The translations under genes and the position numbers were made by a program. Positions 14,561 through 28,403 of a stretch of DNA of 64,000 nt are shown one piece after another. Positions within the stretch are counted from its first letter, which is position 1. Each line of letters starts with the position of its first letter. Source of the DNA: Lytechinus pictus (taxonomy: Eukaryota); contig NC_087250.1 in assembly GCF_037042905.1 (NCBI RefSeq), positions 5,582,001 to 5,646,000 on the forward strand, in the 5' to 3' direction. The notes beneath the pieces are model-generated. The model did no database searches, was not told where the DNA came from, and worked only from the letters and a program-made list of their open reading frames with translations.

Positions 14561-17500
14561 ATATAATTTTTTTTACATATCGTCAGTGATTTTACGCACC
14601 AGCTCAAAACTAATTTTTGGTCAAATTTTTTAAATGTATTTTTTTTTCAAATTCTGAAGGCCCGTGATTCACTCTATTAATTTGCCAAATTTCAGATTAA
14701 AATTTGTATCATTTAAAAGATAAGAGCATAATTTCTTATGAACCAGCTCAACCCCTTCTTAAATATTACGAACTGGCTCAAACCATTTTTTGTGTAGTAC
14801 ACTCTTAAACATAAGCACAGTGTGAAACATCGTGCTGTCACGCAGTAAAGACAATGCGATTATACTATGATAATACTTATGCAAAATAGGTCATCACGCT
14901 GAAATCAAACTGTGTTGAACAAATGCCAGACAGTCATTGGCGCATTATCCGTGACGTCATACTATTAAAGTGGGGGGTTGAAACAATTGATCATCCCCCC
15001 CCCCCCCCCCCCCCCCTGAACAGTAGATTCAAAGCTTGGATTACGCCAGTGCAGACAAAGGCTATCTTCTTCACAGTGTAGTCACTGTGAACTATATGAA
15101 TACACTGTGCTAAACGAATGTGAGCGTGTGAATCTTTCTTTCACGGTGTTGGCACTGTATGTGTAGAATTATATTAGCACACTGGCATGCTTCTGTAGTC
15201 ATATCAGGTTTAACTTAGACCACGGTCAAATTCTGTGCTAAAATTAAAGGGAGCCAGAAACAAAAAAAAATTGGTTGCATTGTATATATATATTTTATTT
15301 TTTAGTATTTTTTCCCTTTGCTTTTATAATGAAGAAAAATACCTCAGTTATCAATGATTTTAGTATCATGTGAGATGATTAATTAAACATTAATTTAACA
15401 TGTACTAACTGAGAGATTTGTGCCCCAATTGGCTATCCATAGTTAAACCACATTTTTAAACCAGGGTTTAATTTGAACCTGAGTTCAGAATACTGGCCAC
15501 TGTCTTTCATGAATACTATAAAGTGGCCACTTCTTTACGGTGTGGTCAATGTGTGCAACTAAAATATGAACGCACTGTCGGATGAATGCCACACAGTATG
15601 AATCTTCTCCATTACAGAATGGGATGCGCCTTTACTGTGTATGCACTGTGCGAACACACTTTTACATAATTTCACAGAGTTATACGTTTCTTACTATGTG
15701 AACAGAGTGTGTTGTAGTTATCAGACATGGGCGGAAAGGGGTCCCCCCCCCCCTACTCAAAATAGTAGAGGGACTCAGTATCAAATATCCCCCCTACTAT
15801 TTTATACATCATTCAAAATCGAAATAAAACGTGAATTTTAGGACGAGATGACCTTACTTTTGGGATGATAACCTTGTTGGTTTTTTTTTTTTTTGCTTGT
15901 CAACTTTATTTTCGTCCAATTGACCTTAAATTTGGGTGATAACCTTTTTTTTTGCTTGTCAAATTTTCCAGCCCCTTGTCCCCCTTACCTTTTGGGAGAG
16001 ATTTCCGCCCCTGCAGACATTAGCATTATAATAAAAATACAGGTGCTTTCTACGTGTAAATGCAATTCAAATCACAATGGACATCTAAGAGGTTTTTGTC
16101 GAAAGTTAGTGGAGCGGGACAGCAGATCGTCCGAAGATTCGGACCGAACGAAAAATTGCAGATTTTTTCGTTTGTCCAGAGTCCACCTGTCCAGGACGAC
16201 ACTTCTGTTTTAATTCAAATATTTTCGACAAAGGCCCTTATATCATTTAATGGCTTTTTACAAATGACTCTCTGCGTTATAGAAAACGTCCGCGTGGTAT
16301 TTGCGAACGTGCCCTAGTGAGAAATCGAGAATGCACAGTAAGAATGTGTTTTTCCTGTGGGCCAACTATGTATCTTATTTGACACACACTTTACACACTA
16401 TATTCACACTGTGTTCACACAGTAGTCTGTGTGTTGACTGTGTACTTACTGTGTTGACTCTTCGCAAGGGCAGAAAGCATGAGGACAGAATATATATGTA
16501 TATGGAGCTAAGTCGGTACAACATCGTCTATGACATTCAATTCAATTAAACATCGTTTTATTATCTCTTATAATGCATATTCTTCATCCCAATACATAAG
16601 TATCTTATTATACAAGCTTGTGCAAAATGTCGAGTTTCCAATACCCATTAGGAAAGCATTATATGTTATAATTTAAGATGTGCATACTCTTTGTTTTATA
16701 CCTGAAACCATATAGCATAAAAATTGGCTTAAAGTGTATTTGTTTAAAACAAATAATGTTATCATTTTCGACATAAAACTAATTGATAAGTACGAAACTT
16801 TGAACATGTTTGCGTGTGAAGTAGATGGTTTTAACAATTATTTCATTACCAAGAGTAAACATTTATGAACTTAGTTTATCTGTGACGATGCTTGACGATC
16901 AATCATTGACCCGGTCGGGGCCGACAATGATGAAGCATCTATTTATAATCGTTTTGTCAGCTATATATATTTAAGATAACAAATACATGTTAAAAAAAAC
17001 TTCTGCATATTTCTTTAAGGCAATAATCAAATTGGATAAAACAACAAATTCAACAGCGTTGTGCTAAGTCGTCAGAGAACAATAATATTCGACAAGTAAT
17101 GTATCATAAGGGATACAATATCTATGGATTTAGAATCATTTAAACCATAACATATTTTTCTCATTACGGATAAGTAAATAATTTTATCATGTAAGGCAAA
17201 ATTCGCGTAAGCATGGTAAGGGGATAATAGGGTTTACGTCAGTGATAAAATTGACCTAGAGATCAGGTATGAAAATATAGCGTTAGTTGGTACAAATTAG
17301 GCTACTGACACATATGATCGAAATCTTATCCCCAACTTCAGACACTAATGCAAAACCAGTTTTTAGCTTGTATTGGTACAAAGCTTTCAGATGCATTTCT
17401 TCATTAAGATTTTCCGCTTGTAAATACCCTATTTCTCTTAGATATATCTAACAAGTGGCGTAACGAGCCAAATCTTTTGAGGGGCAAGATAATGCGTATC

Positions 17501-18721
17501 GGGTGAGATTGATAAAAAGCTTCGTGCGAGCGAGCAAATATTTTGATAATTTTATTACAAAAATCTAATTTTGTGATAGATTTTGACTGAATATTTAGAA
17601 AATCATATATTTCACCTTCTCTCTTTCCTTTTCTCTTTTTTCAAAAGCCCAAGCTCCCCCTTCCCCATCCTCACCTGTACATTCCAGATACTAAATTTTT
17701 GGAAGTTAGAGATGTGATCATTATAACCCTCAAAATGCTATCATTGACTCTCTTCCAGAATTGTTGACACTATCAGGGGTTCTTTTAGGTTTTCCCGTCC
17801 AATTTAATGTATGCGTCACTTAAATTTATTAATGTACATTTAAATTCACGCGTTATCGTTTTAAAATGTTAAAATCAGACAATGGGCTTCATTTGAAGAA
17901 ACAAGAATTCATTTATGATCATTTCAATAAATATATGGTCAAGACTACATGTATCTCAAATTTGATCATTTCACCATTTGTCACGTGCTTTTGTTATCTT
18001 GACACATTGTATTTTTTTTCAGTTTAATTTCTTTTTCTTTACACATTATTTTCTTAGTATTCGTTCCTTTGATCGTGAAATGGTTAATGGTTAAGCAAAA
18101 TTTCATCATATTCCAAAAAATGAAATGCAGAAATGTGTCAAGAAATGTAATTTTAGCGAATTTGGCATCAAGCTCATTCAACCGTGAAATTCAGTGCAAA
18201 AGATCTTCTGTATGACAGAAACATAGCATGTGCTTGTAACCAAAATTTTGGCTTTAAACTATGAACATGCCCCTTCTCAGCGATTGGAACCAAACGATAT
18301 ACACTAAAGTCCAGCAGAGCTGTGATTCATATAATATACAGTTAAGAAATCTTACTGCTTTGGGGGCCTGAGCAAGTTAACTGAGCGATAGTGCTCCTTG
18401 GTAAGGCAATTGGACTAATTACCAGTGGCGGCCGCACAGAAGCGTTAATCCCGACCTTTCGCTGGAGAACGCGAACGCTTATTTACGACGGTAGTTGATT
18501 ATGGAAGAGACTTTTGGGCCCGTCGTCATGGTCGTAAAACTCTATCCTGCAATGCAAATTGTGTGACATGAGATTTTTTTTTCATTTCGCATCTGCAACG
18601 GATACATTCAATATGCGTTTCGTGTGCAAAATTCTGGATGCTACTATGGTAACATCGATATATCCGATTTAGGACGACTTTCCAGGGCCACATTTGGTTC
18701 CTCCCAGAGCTCGAGAGGCCG

Positions 18722-19019
18722 CCCGGGGGCCCACTTCCATTGACGAGTGGATACCAGGCGCGACCACGCGTTAAAGGGACAGAGTGGGCAAGTACGTTAC
18801 GTATAGGCCTATGTTACGTTAAAAGGGTGTTAAAAACGATGTTTAAAATACTGAAAAAGGGATATATTTCCGATACTTGAAGGGTTTTCCCAAGCCAAAT
18901 ACTTGTTAAGAGATGCATTTTCATAATCTGGAAAAGACTTGATTCCCTTGTTTAGGGTGCTTTTCTTAACCCCATGGTCGTGCCTGGTATCCTCTCATCA
19001 ATGGAAGTGGTCCCCCGGG
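18722..19019. mobile_element. Internally deleted CCCGGG-terminal TIR element
   Basis: cccgggggcccacttccattgacgagtggatacca ... tggtatcctctcatcaatggaagtggtcccccggg; same family as 57092-57612. Confidence 0.75.
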
Positions 19020-19785
19020 ATTTTAATCTAATCCCCCATTTCTGGGGAAAGTAAAACATAATGCCCGTTACATGTGCTAGAGGCATATCGTTTGTGTAGA
19101 AGGAGTAAACAAAAGAAAAAACCCGCAAATTCGGCTGGTGTTCAGACGTTTAGGCCTATTGCATATGTTGTGTACATATCAACGCATGCGAAATGGTTTC
19201 GGCTGGAGAGGTGATCTGACCCATGGAATCAATTGTCAGTGATCCACCAATAATCCACATTAAATGCAATATCGATTCGATGGACTGTAAAGATCTATAT
19301 CTAAACCTTAACTCTTTAAGAGCCATTGAGAGCTATAGTTGCCCATAGCCCTCTAGTGCCGTTGACAGCTAAAGTTGCCCAAGTAACTTTTTTTGTTTAA
19401 CCCATTTTACAGCCAGAAAATCAACACCATATTCTGTGTTTTCTATGTTGTTATATTGGCAAGGAATTCACAATTCATTTTGTCATATAAGAAATAGTGG
19501 TTTACATTTTTTGAGTAAAATTGCATTTTTGCATCATTATTTTGAAGAGTTGATTTCGGATATTGCCGCGATCTGAATCAAGATTTCCTCTATAGACACG
19601 TGTGATATAAAGGTTGTGTGTAGCAATACACGTACTTCTATGGGCAGAGCAAAGGCGAGTGTGCGAAGGCATTCAGCTCGGAATTGACCAATTACAGAGC
19701 GGTACGATGTCTCTCACCCAACGCTACTTGCCCATTTGCTATTGTTTTATGAATATTCATGAGCTATCGATCGGGTCTTTTGCTG

Positions 19786-19962
19786 TGTGTGTGTGTGTGT
19801 ATTTGAGTTTTGTCAGACGTGTATCAATCAGAAATGATTATTTACGTCTGGGACCGACCTTTAACGTCACCATCCGAAAGACGTGACCAGGGCTCGAACC
19901 TCTGCATCAATTTGTAACTTCCCCACATAGCTTGGATTACAGGCGCACGCCACAACGCCCAG
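19786..19962 (-). mobile_element. SINE-like element with 7SL/Alu-domain-like head, B box, stem-loop body and (CA)n tail
   Basis: Minus strand reads CTGGGCGTTGTGGCGTGCGCCTGTAATCCAAGCTA..., GGTTCGAGCCC (19890-19900), GTCTTTCGGATGGTGACGTTAAA, (CA)n. Direct repeat TTGCTG at 19780-19785 and 19963-19968. Confidence 0.75.
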
Positions 19963-20174
19963 TTGCTGGCCGGTATGGTAGTATTCTTGTGTCAAGGCTT
20001 TCTTCTGCCTGCAAATGTGCACGGTCTGGGGGGATTTTTTTTTTTTTTTGGGGGGGGGAAAGGTCTTATACTTTGTTTTTAGCATTCTCACAAAATTGTT
20101 CTCGTTATAAATATATGAGTAAAGAAGTCTGTCATTTCCAACTCTCATCCGCGCACTGCAATCATCACACTCAT

Positions 20175-20320
20175 TATTTATTTATTCATTTATTACTGTT
20201 ATTATTATTATTATCATTATTAGTATTACTATGATCATAATCATTATTATTATTATTGTTATTGTAATTATTATTATCATTATCATTATTCTTCTTCTTC
20301 ACCTCTTTCTTCTTATTATT
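20175..20320. repeat. Degenerate (ATT)n microsatellite
   Basis: Visible ATT/ATC/CTT triplet runs. Confidence 0.85.
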
Positions 20321-20322
20321 AA

Positions 20323-20880
20323 AGGGATGGTCCGGGCTGACAGTATTTATAGTTTTATAAATAGAGCAATATTCACTGAACAAAATACCGAAAATTTCAT
20401 CAAAATCGGATAACAAATAACAAAGTTATTGAATTTTAAAGTTTAGCAATATTTTGTGAAAACAGTCGTCATGAATATTCATTAGGTGGGCTGATGATGT
20501 CATATCTCCACTTGTTCTTTTGTATTTTATTTTATGAAATTAGGTTTATTCAATTTTTTTCCTCCAAGCGCTAGAAAAATTGAATTGACAACTGATTTAA
20601 TGCATTAGATATTTATTGCTGCAACTTATTTCATTATAAGGGAGACATTATTCACACAAGTATGAAATAATGAAAAAATTATGATTTTATCAATAACATA
20701 AGAAAACGGAAAGTGGAGATGTGACATCATCAGCCCACCTAATGAATATTCATGACGACTCTTTTTCACAAAATATTACTAAATTTTAAATTTCAATAAC
20801 TTTATAATTTGTTATCCGATTTTGATGAAATTTTCGGCATTTTGCTCAGTGAATTCTACTCTATGAATAAAGATATAAGA
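20323..20880. mobile_element. TTAA-associated MITE (Kolobok/piggyBac-like), right end eroded
   Basis: Left end ttaa|agggatggtccgggctga; arms ~20345-20520 and ~20700-20880 are reverse complements. Confidence 0.65.
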
Positions 20881-23599
20881 AGTAACGATGCCAGTGCTTG
20901 TGCTGGTGGTCGTGGTGGCGGAGGAGTGCTGTTTTCCCCTTGATTTCTTGTTATCATTCTCGATATTTTCCATGCCATCTTTACCATATCCCTATCATCA
21001 TCATCATCATTTAGATTACAGGAAATTTGACGCATATTGTCGATGCTAAATGTCTTAAAGTCGAAACAAATATTTTAATAAGAATTATGCATTTAAATGG
21101 CAATATTAAAGTCAATGGAAGGTGTTGGGGAAAGAGACAGAGGAATTTACATCTTGATCTCAACGGAGAGAAAAGCTATTGTTCGTATCGGAACCTTTGA
21201 AAGTATTCAATTGTCAAATCAAAAGACGCGCGCGTGGCCCGATTTCCATGAACATCCTGTGCTAAATTGCTCTCCGCCTCGATAATAGGTCAGGAGGGAG
21301 CGCGGATTAGACATTCCTCATGAAAGAGAGTTTGTGCATTTATTGTTCATGACTTGGTGGCATGAACAATAAAATGTAGTCGCTATCTGACAGGTGGCTA
21401 CTTTGGTTGAAGATTATTCTTTTTAATACCGAAGCAGATATAATGAATATTTCACCCCATCATGAAATGTCCACAGAGGGAGTGAATTTTACCTGTTATG
21501 TTTATCGTTCTTTCACTGTTCAGCTACGATTTTATATCAAATAGAGATCAAACTGGGCTTCCTGGCAGTCGACGAAGACCGTTGCCTTTTTTTTTCAAAC
21601 CGCTTGCTATGTATGCTCGCTCGCGGAATGAATGAAGCCTAAAGTTTGAAAATAATCAATTATTCAAAGACAAAATAAGCAATGAGGCCCTTTTCTTGTC
21701 TAAAATTGTCATTATATTTTCATATTTATATTGCATTATATTTTCCACACGAAAAAGAATATCCGGCATCTATTGTCCATTCCTTGGCATGTACGAGATG
21801 TTTAGTTGGCCCAGATTAATATCCTTTCATAGATGCGGTTGCAAAGATCAGATATGATCATATTTCAAAATATTTTTTTTCCCGAGAACTTTACCTCCTT
21901 CTCTCTATACAAATCATCTTTATTTCATAACAAAATAGAGAAGGTAAAATTTACCCAGATCCTTTGCCGGAAATAGTGGGGCAAAGTCCCCTTCACCGGT
22001 AATATGCAGGATATAGAGTATAAATATATATATATAGGTATATTGATATAAGACAATTAAACACATAGTGAGCTACGTACAGTGCATAAGAAATCTTAGT
22101 ATGCGGAGATGTGTAACTATAAAAGGAATTAATGTTTGTTGCCGACACTGGATAGAAATCGCCTACATTATCCAAAACAGTATATAGTTGAGTGCATCGC
22201 ACACCACAAATCGTATCCAGGTTACGATTTTTCTAAAACATGTTCTGCAAATCCTGCATTACGACAATATTGACAAGAATTGAAATGACATAAATTTTAC
22301 TCTGCACTAATAATTTTGTTTCCCCCATAGCGGTTGTTGCAGAATACCGCGCATTCTGAAAAATTACAGGGTCTTGTTTTGAAGACTACACGAATGTAAG
22401 GGTACGGTTGGCTGCACTGTGAAGATACATGGCTCTAATATATTATTGTGTGTGTTTGCGTGGGGATCGCAGATGTGCTGTGATTGGTCACTTGATCGAC
22501 GACAATGCCCTTTTTTTTAACAGGTCGGTTTCAATTGTGTGTGTATAAACCCTCTCGTATTTCAGAGGAAATAACTTGAATAGCAAAATAGTATTTCATT
22601 CAAAAGAGCATTATTTTTCATTATTTCTGTTTGTTCAATTTAATCATCAGATACGTCATTTGAAAGGGTAACATTGAACTTTCATTTTATCTTCTTAATT
22701 TCTTGGTACCTCTACAATTCCTCAGGTTATTTACTCTTTGAAATGTTCATGAAATCATAATTTTCTAGGTTTTACTTATTGAAAAAAAACGATGTAAAAT
22801 ATTACATTTTTTCTCCATTTTTCCAAACGAAAATATGAAAGGTCATAACATGATCATAAAGTCCATGAACCATGCATCATTTCATGTGTAGAAGGTTTCA
22901 TTATACAACGTACGGGTAAAGAGTTATGACCGTTTTAAAATCAGTCGCTGCTCACGTTTTGGTCAATTTAGGATTCCCTCGAATACCCCTGGCAGTAGAG
23001 GGGTATTGGGCCTGGCAGAGTAAGAGTTAACATCAACATTAACATGGAATCAAACACACCTCTCCACAAGCAAACACATAACAAATAAACAAACATGCAT
23101 GGGTATTTCAAACCATGTTGTCTCACAGAACCATCACTACCTAAACCACAGCAAAACATAAAAAATGAAGAAGCATTTGCTTTATTTGAATGGATTTTCA
23201 TCTCTATTGACACTGACAAAAGAATCATGATCTGTATTGACCATTCATGACTATTTCTGCTTGTTTTGCAGCTTTTCAATTCAGACCTCATCCAAAAATT
23301 TTGAATCTTGCTCTTTTTGTGATGGTATGATCATAACAAGCACGGTATCATTTTAAAGAGAATTAAATGATCTTTTGAATGATGTCAAATATGCATATTG
23401 TAAAACGGGGAGTTGGGATAAATAAATGGCCAAACTCAGATTTCCAAACTTTTTTTTGAGGGTTTCATATAAAAGTATCTGAGAAAGTATGCACTAATGT
23501 TCTTAATTAGGGCCTACATATTATCACATTTTTTGTACTTACAAACGAAATTGTAAATATTACTCCCACCACCATAAACAATTTGACATAAAGTTAAAG

Positions 23600-25445
23600 T
23601 TAATTAGAGACTTGGCATAATGTAATATCAGAACAAAGTGCGGAACAGGCTTTGAATACCTTTATGTTAAGATTTAATTGATACTTTGACAAAAATATCC
23701 CCAAAACGAACACTAAATTTTACAGACGAAATCGGCAAAATAAACCCTTGATAACAATGGGAATGTTGAATTCTATAAAAATAAGCAATCAATATTATAA
23801 GGCTAGTATAAAATATCCTACTATGAATAATATCAGAAGATGTAAAACTTATCGTAATAAATTAACATTTCTTATTAGATTGTCAAGAAAAACATCTTAC
23901 GGAAGAAAAATAGAAAACAATAATGGTAATATATCCACAACTTGGAAAGTAATTGATGATATTCTTGGTAGATCAAAAAGAATCTATTCCTACAAGTAGG
24001 TTTTCTCATGAAAATAAAGTATATTAACAACCTAGCGATATTGCAGTTGGTTTCAATTCATTTTTTGTGTAAATATAGGGCCTGAGCAAGCTTCAAAAAT
24101 ACAGAATACACCGTCACACTTATTCGGAATCAGCAGGAATCGAGCAGAAGCTGGAAAGAAAAAATATTCAAAAAATCTAGAATTTTTTGGGAGGAACTTA
24201 TGAATTCATCAAACTGGAGTTGAAATTCAGTAAATTGACCAGGTGTATCATCATACACTAGTCAAAATGAACCGCAATGGAATCAGATTGATAATTCGTG
24301 CTACGTTCTTGGACATTCTAGGGGCATTCTAAATATTCTGACTGCATTCTGAGTGCATTCGAAATATTTTTGTAATTTCTTTTGGCCGTCCCGAAGGTTT
24401 TGGTCATGTTCAAAACATTCGAAGGGTATTCTCGAACGATGTTGGAAGTAGATTTAAATGACCAATTGGTGGTCAAACAATAGTCCTTTCATTCAGGCCA
24501 ATTCTGCTTGATTCGGAATAAGTGTGATGGGGGCTTTAACAACACCATGTGATTCTTTTTTATTTTTCACCCCTACAACATTCATTAAAAATTTTCATAT
24601 AGTAAATTCATTTAAATCCAGTGATTGGATATGTCATGATGAAGTTAGTAATAATCTTTTGAAGAAAATAATTTTGACTATCGCATCGCCACTTACACCT
24701 TTTGTAAATTTGTCATAAAGCACAGGAGTTTTTCCAAGCAAAATGAAACTGCCAAAGGTTATTCCTTTATAATAAAATAAAAAATTATTATTCTTTAATG
24801 AGCAATTACAGACCCATATCTCTCCTTACAAGCTTTTCCCAGATCATCAAAAGAGTTGTTTATATTAGACTGTATAGTTGTTTAATGTCAAGTAATTTAC
24901 TAGCCTCTTCTCAATATGGTTTCAGAAAAAAAAAATCATTAGATGTAGCACTTATTGAACTTTGTGATAAAATCTCGTCTTATTTTTCTAGGAAAGAACA
25001 TGAACTTGGTGTATCATGGATATAAGTAAGGCTTTTAAAACACTTGATCATTCTATATTACTGGAAAATGTTAAATATTATGGTATACATGGAACCCCTT
25101 CTCGTGGTTCTCTAATTATCCTTCAGACGGAGAGCGATACATATCTTATTATAATTTCAATTCCCCAAGGTTCAATCGTTGGTCCTCTGTTGTTTCTTAT
25201 GTATAAAAATAATATTGGTAATTCGTCTTCATTACTTCAATTCATTTTGTTTGCAGATGACACGAATATATTTTCCCCATCATGACCTTCTTTATCTTAT
25301 TGAAACTATTAATACAGATCTACCTACAGTCTCCACGTGGTTCAGAAGTAACAAGTTATCATTAAATGTAAAAAAGAAAAATTATTTAAAAATCAACGCC
25401 CCAATATTAATATTCGGTCCTTTGATATTTTTATTGATAATATGA
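23600..25445 (+). pseudogene. Decayed LINE ORF2 reverse transcriptase (CR1/L2-like), frameshifted and interrupted
   Basis: Motifs spread over several frames: NYRPISLLTSFS, SQYGFRK, DISKAFKTLDH, PQGSIVGPLLFLMY, LFADDT, WFRSNKLSLNVKK; many stops. Confidence 0.9.
24111..24534. mobile_element. PIF/Harbinger-like MITE inserted in the LINE
   Basis: TIRs ccgtcacacttattcggaatc ... gattcggaataagtgtgatgg; LINE-like sequence continues on both sides. Confidence 0.65.
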
Positions 25446-25939
25446 AAATCGATGATTTCCTGCGACCTGATGATTTGGTGGGTTTTTTTTAGAAATGGCA
25501 TTCATTCAATCTGCATAGACGAAAACGCTACATTAAATATTATTAAGTACAATAAAATAACATTTTCTTAACATTTTCATTTATTTCTCTTTAGTAAAAA
25601 AAGTGAGTAAAAAAATACATAAAAACAAGTACTGACGAAATATTATTTCATTAATTTACTATTTCGAGCCCCAGGGTTGCCATTCTATATTCAAAGGTGT
25701 AGCCATGATCAATATGACTGCAAAAGGATTTTTTAAGGGAGGGGAGTTGACATGTTCGTGATTTGAATGAAAATGATTGCTCTTAAATTGTACTTGAAAG
25801 AGAATATCGTTCTCAAAGCTGTGAAGATTTTTTTTCTTCTTCCTGGTATTACTTTGCCATATTCGGTTTTGACTTATGAAAGTGCTCTTGGAATGCGAAC
25901 ATTTGCTGATGTTTATGTGTAATATATATAATTTAAAAG

Positions 25940-25940
<1 letters not shown>

Positions 25941-25989
<49 letters not shown>
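25941..25989. repeat. (TA)n microsatellite
   Basis: Pure TA run. Confidence 0.95.
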
Positions 25990-25992
<3 letters not shown>

Positions 25993-27546
25993 TTATATGT
26001 AACAGCTTTCTGCATGGCTGTAAGCAAAAAAAAATCGGTAGGGGTAGCACGCATTAACTTTTTCGAAAAAGAAAATCGAAAACGATAAGCGGAGCGACTA
26101 AGTTTGGTATTGAGCCGCTTTTGCAACCCCCCCCCCCACGTGCATACGGCCATGTATTTCTGTAATACGGAGGTAACATTAATGGAAAGGTACTTGAGAC
26201 TCTATATACGAGTCAATATTCTGACTGCATGTCTTCATGGTCATAGGCACACATCAAATTGAACATACTAAACAGCAGGCGGAGTTTCACAAAATAGTGT
26301 TTTTCCATTAGATCCACTTGAAAGCAACAATTTGTCAATAAGCGTCTGGTATTTACCCATTGGCCAAGTATATATTACGATACTAATAAACATGATTTTG
26401 TGAACAAAACGAGTTACTGTCTGATGCACCCCAAGTATATGTCCCATGAGATTGGAGGGTTTGAAATGTGACCCATACATATCGCTACGTCTAATACAAA
26501 ATATATAAATGTATCTGAGAAAGTACACACTAATGCTCTTAATTAGGGCCTACATATTATCATTTTTTTTGTACTTGCATAAAAATATTGTAAATATTAC
26601 CCCTACCACCATAAACAATTTGACATGAAATTAATTACACGACAAATTCATCAAATACATGTATGTATGTATGTATTTATGTATGTATGTATGTATGTAT
26701 GCATGTATGTATGAATACAAAAAAGCAGCCAAAATTACAATTCTTAATTGCAATATATATAAATACACGACTAGTATTTAATGTAATGGCTGCATGTGGA
26801 TTGGCTCGTACCAAAAGGGTAGGTGAGGTCGCGCGTTAAGGGGAACATCAACCTTCGCCCAGCCCCCATTTAAACAAAGTAGGACTGATCAGATGAAGTG
26901 CTTATTACACCAAATGGTTATTAGACCAACTGATATTAGACCAAATGATGGTAGATCAATTGCCTATTAGACCAACTGGCTCTTGACCAAGTGGTAATAA
27001 ACCCACCCGGACGATAGCCTCTTTGAAATATTATGGCTGTTTGAATGTTGACTATAAATAATGTTTTTGCTTAAACGAGTTCTTGATTACTAAAAACTTG
27101 GTGAAACTAATAACAATTGCAAATTAAGAAATAAAGGCCCCATGCACTCTTCCATTAAAATCGTGAAGGGGGGAGGGTGATCAAAGGTTGTGGTCCCCTT
27201 AACCCGACGCGATGCGCCGTCACACCCTTTCGGTACAAGCCCTGGTAATCTCGATTTGTTATCAGAGGCTCGAATGTTCGAATCCCACTGCGGAATTTTG
27301 TTTTTGTAATTTTTGTAATAGCCCTTCAATGACAAAAAAGCCTTTGTCAAAAATCGGTTAATCAAATCAGCAGAGTCGTCTAGACTCGGGACAAACCACG
27401 TATTTGAAATCGTTCGTCCAGTCCGAATCTTCCAATAATATGCCGTCCCGGTCCACCACCTTTCGACAATAACCTCTCAGCTGTCCATTGTGATTTGACT
27501 TGCATTTCGAAAGGAATTGATGCGTATCTAGCCCTTTAAGAAATAA

Positions 27547-27890
27547 TTACATCAAGATATGCGAAATTATAAACTGGTATCTAGCCCTTATAAGAAATAA
27601 TTCATACAGTTAATTTCCCGTTGATACCAGCTGAAAAAACACAATACACAATGATATATATACACTATACATACAGAAAATATATGATTACATCAAGATA
27701 TGCGAAATTATAAACTGGTATCTAGCCCTTATAAGAAATAATTCATACAGTTCATTTCCCTTTGATACCAGCTGAAAAAACCCAATACACAATGATATAT
27801 TTATACACTATACACACAGAAAATATATAATTACATCAAGATATGCGAAATTATAGACTGGTTTCTATCCCTTATAAGAAATAATTCATC
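27547..27890 (+). repeat. ~141-bp tandem repeat, about 2.4 copies
   Basis: attacatcaagatatgcgaaattata recurs at ~27547, 27687 and 27830. Confidence 0.9.
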
Positions 27891-28031
27891 TAAAACAAGG
27901 TATACTATCTATGATTATGCCAATTTGAGGTAATTTCCATTTAAAAATAAAGGAAGAAAAAATAGGTGGCTTTTCAACTGCTTAAACCTCTGGGGATAAA
28001 TTTGTATTAAGCGAGGGCTTTAAAAATATCA

Positions 28032-28037
28032 TTTATT
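28032..28037 (-). promoter_or_regulatory. Candidate polyadenylation signal AATAAA
   Basis: tttatt on the plus strand about 370 nt past the stop codon; AT-rich context makes a chance match possible. Confidence 0.4.
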
Positions 28038-28069
28038 GCCAAGTCAGTGACATTAAATGATAAATAATA

Positions 28070-28322
28070 TCATCCACACAGTGCCCCTATCAACCCAGGA
28101 GCCCAACAGGTACCCGACAGGAAGTGAACGTCATTGTAGCCTGTACAACATTTTGTGCGCCTCACTGGCGACTAGCTCGAATACTCCACACGGAGTGGAG
28201 AATCCGCAAACGTGGTGTGCGGGAATGACTGATTGAATCCGGTGACATGGAAATCTAAATCTGTAAACCCTCAGATAGGTACGATGTATGTCTTAAGCGC
28301 ATCATAGATACCCAGATTATTT
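28070..28322 (+). mobile_element. Probable SINE body/tail remnant, antisense within the predicted 3' UTR
   Basis: GC-richer island with acccagga...ggtacccgacaggaagtgaac and a taagcgc...attatt tail-like end; recognised by resemblance only. Confidence 0.4.
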
Positions 28323-28403
28323 CAAGCGTGAATTGTTTATCTAGGCCGAAGAGATCGATTAATCTGTGTCTGATTGTAAACCGTATTAATCAAAGTTTAC
28401 CAG

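Noticed and set aside
19786..19962. Functional 7SL RNA gene
   Set aside because: Only the 5' Alu-domain part matches; there is no S domain, and it has a tail and TSD.
25659..26153. 164-aa ORF and other poly-IY or poly-I ORFs (also 45765-46086, 20231-20413)
   Set aside because: Products of (TA)n and (ATT)n microsatellites.
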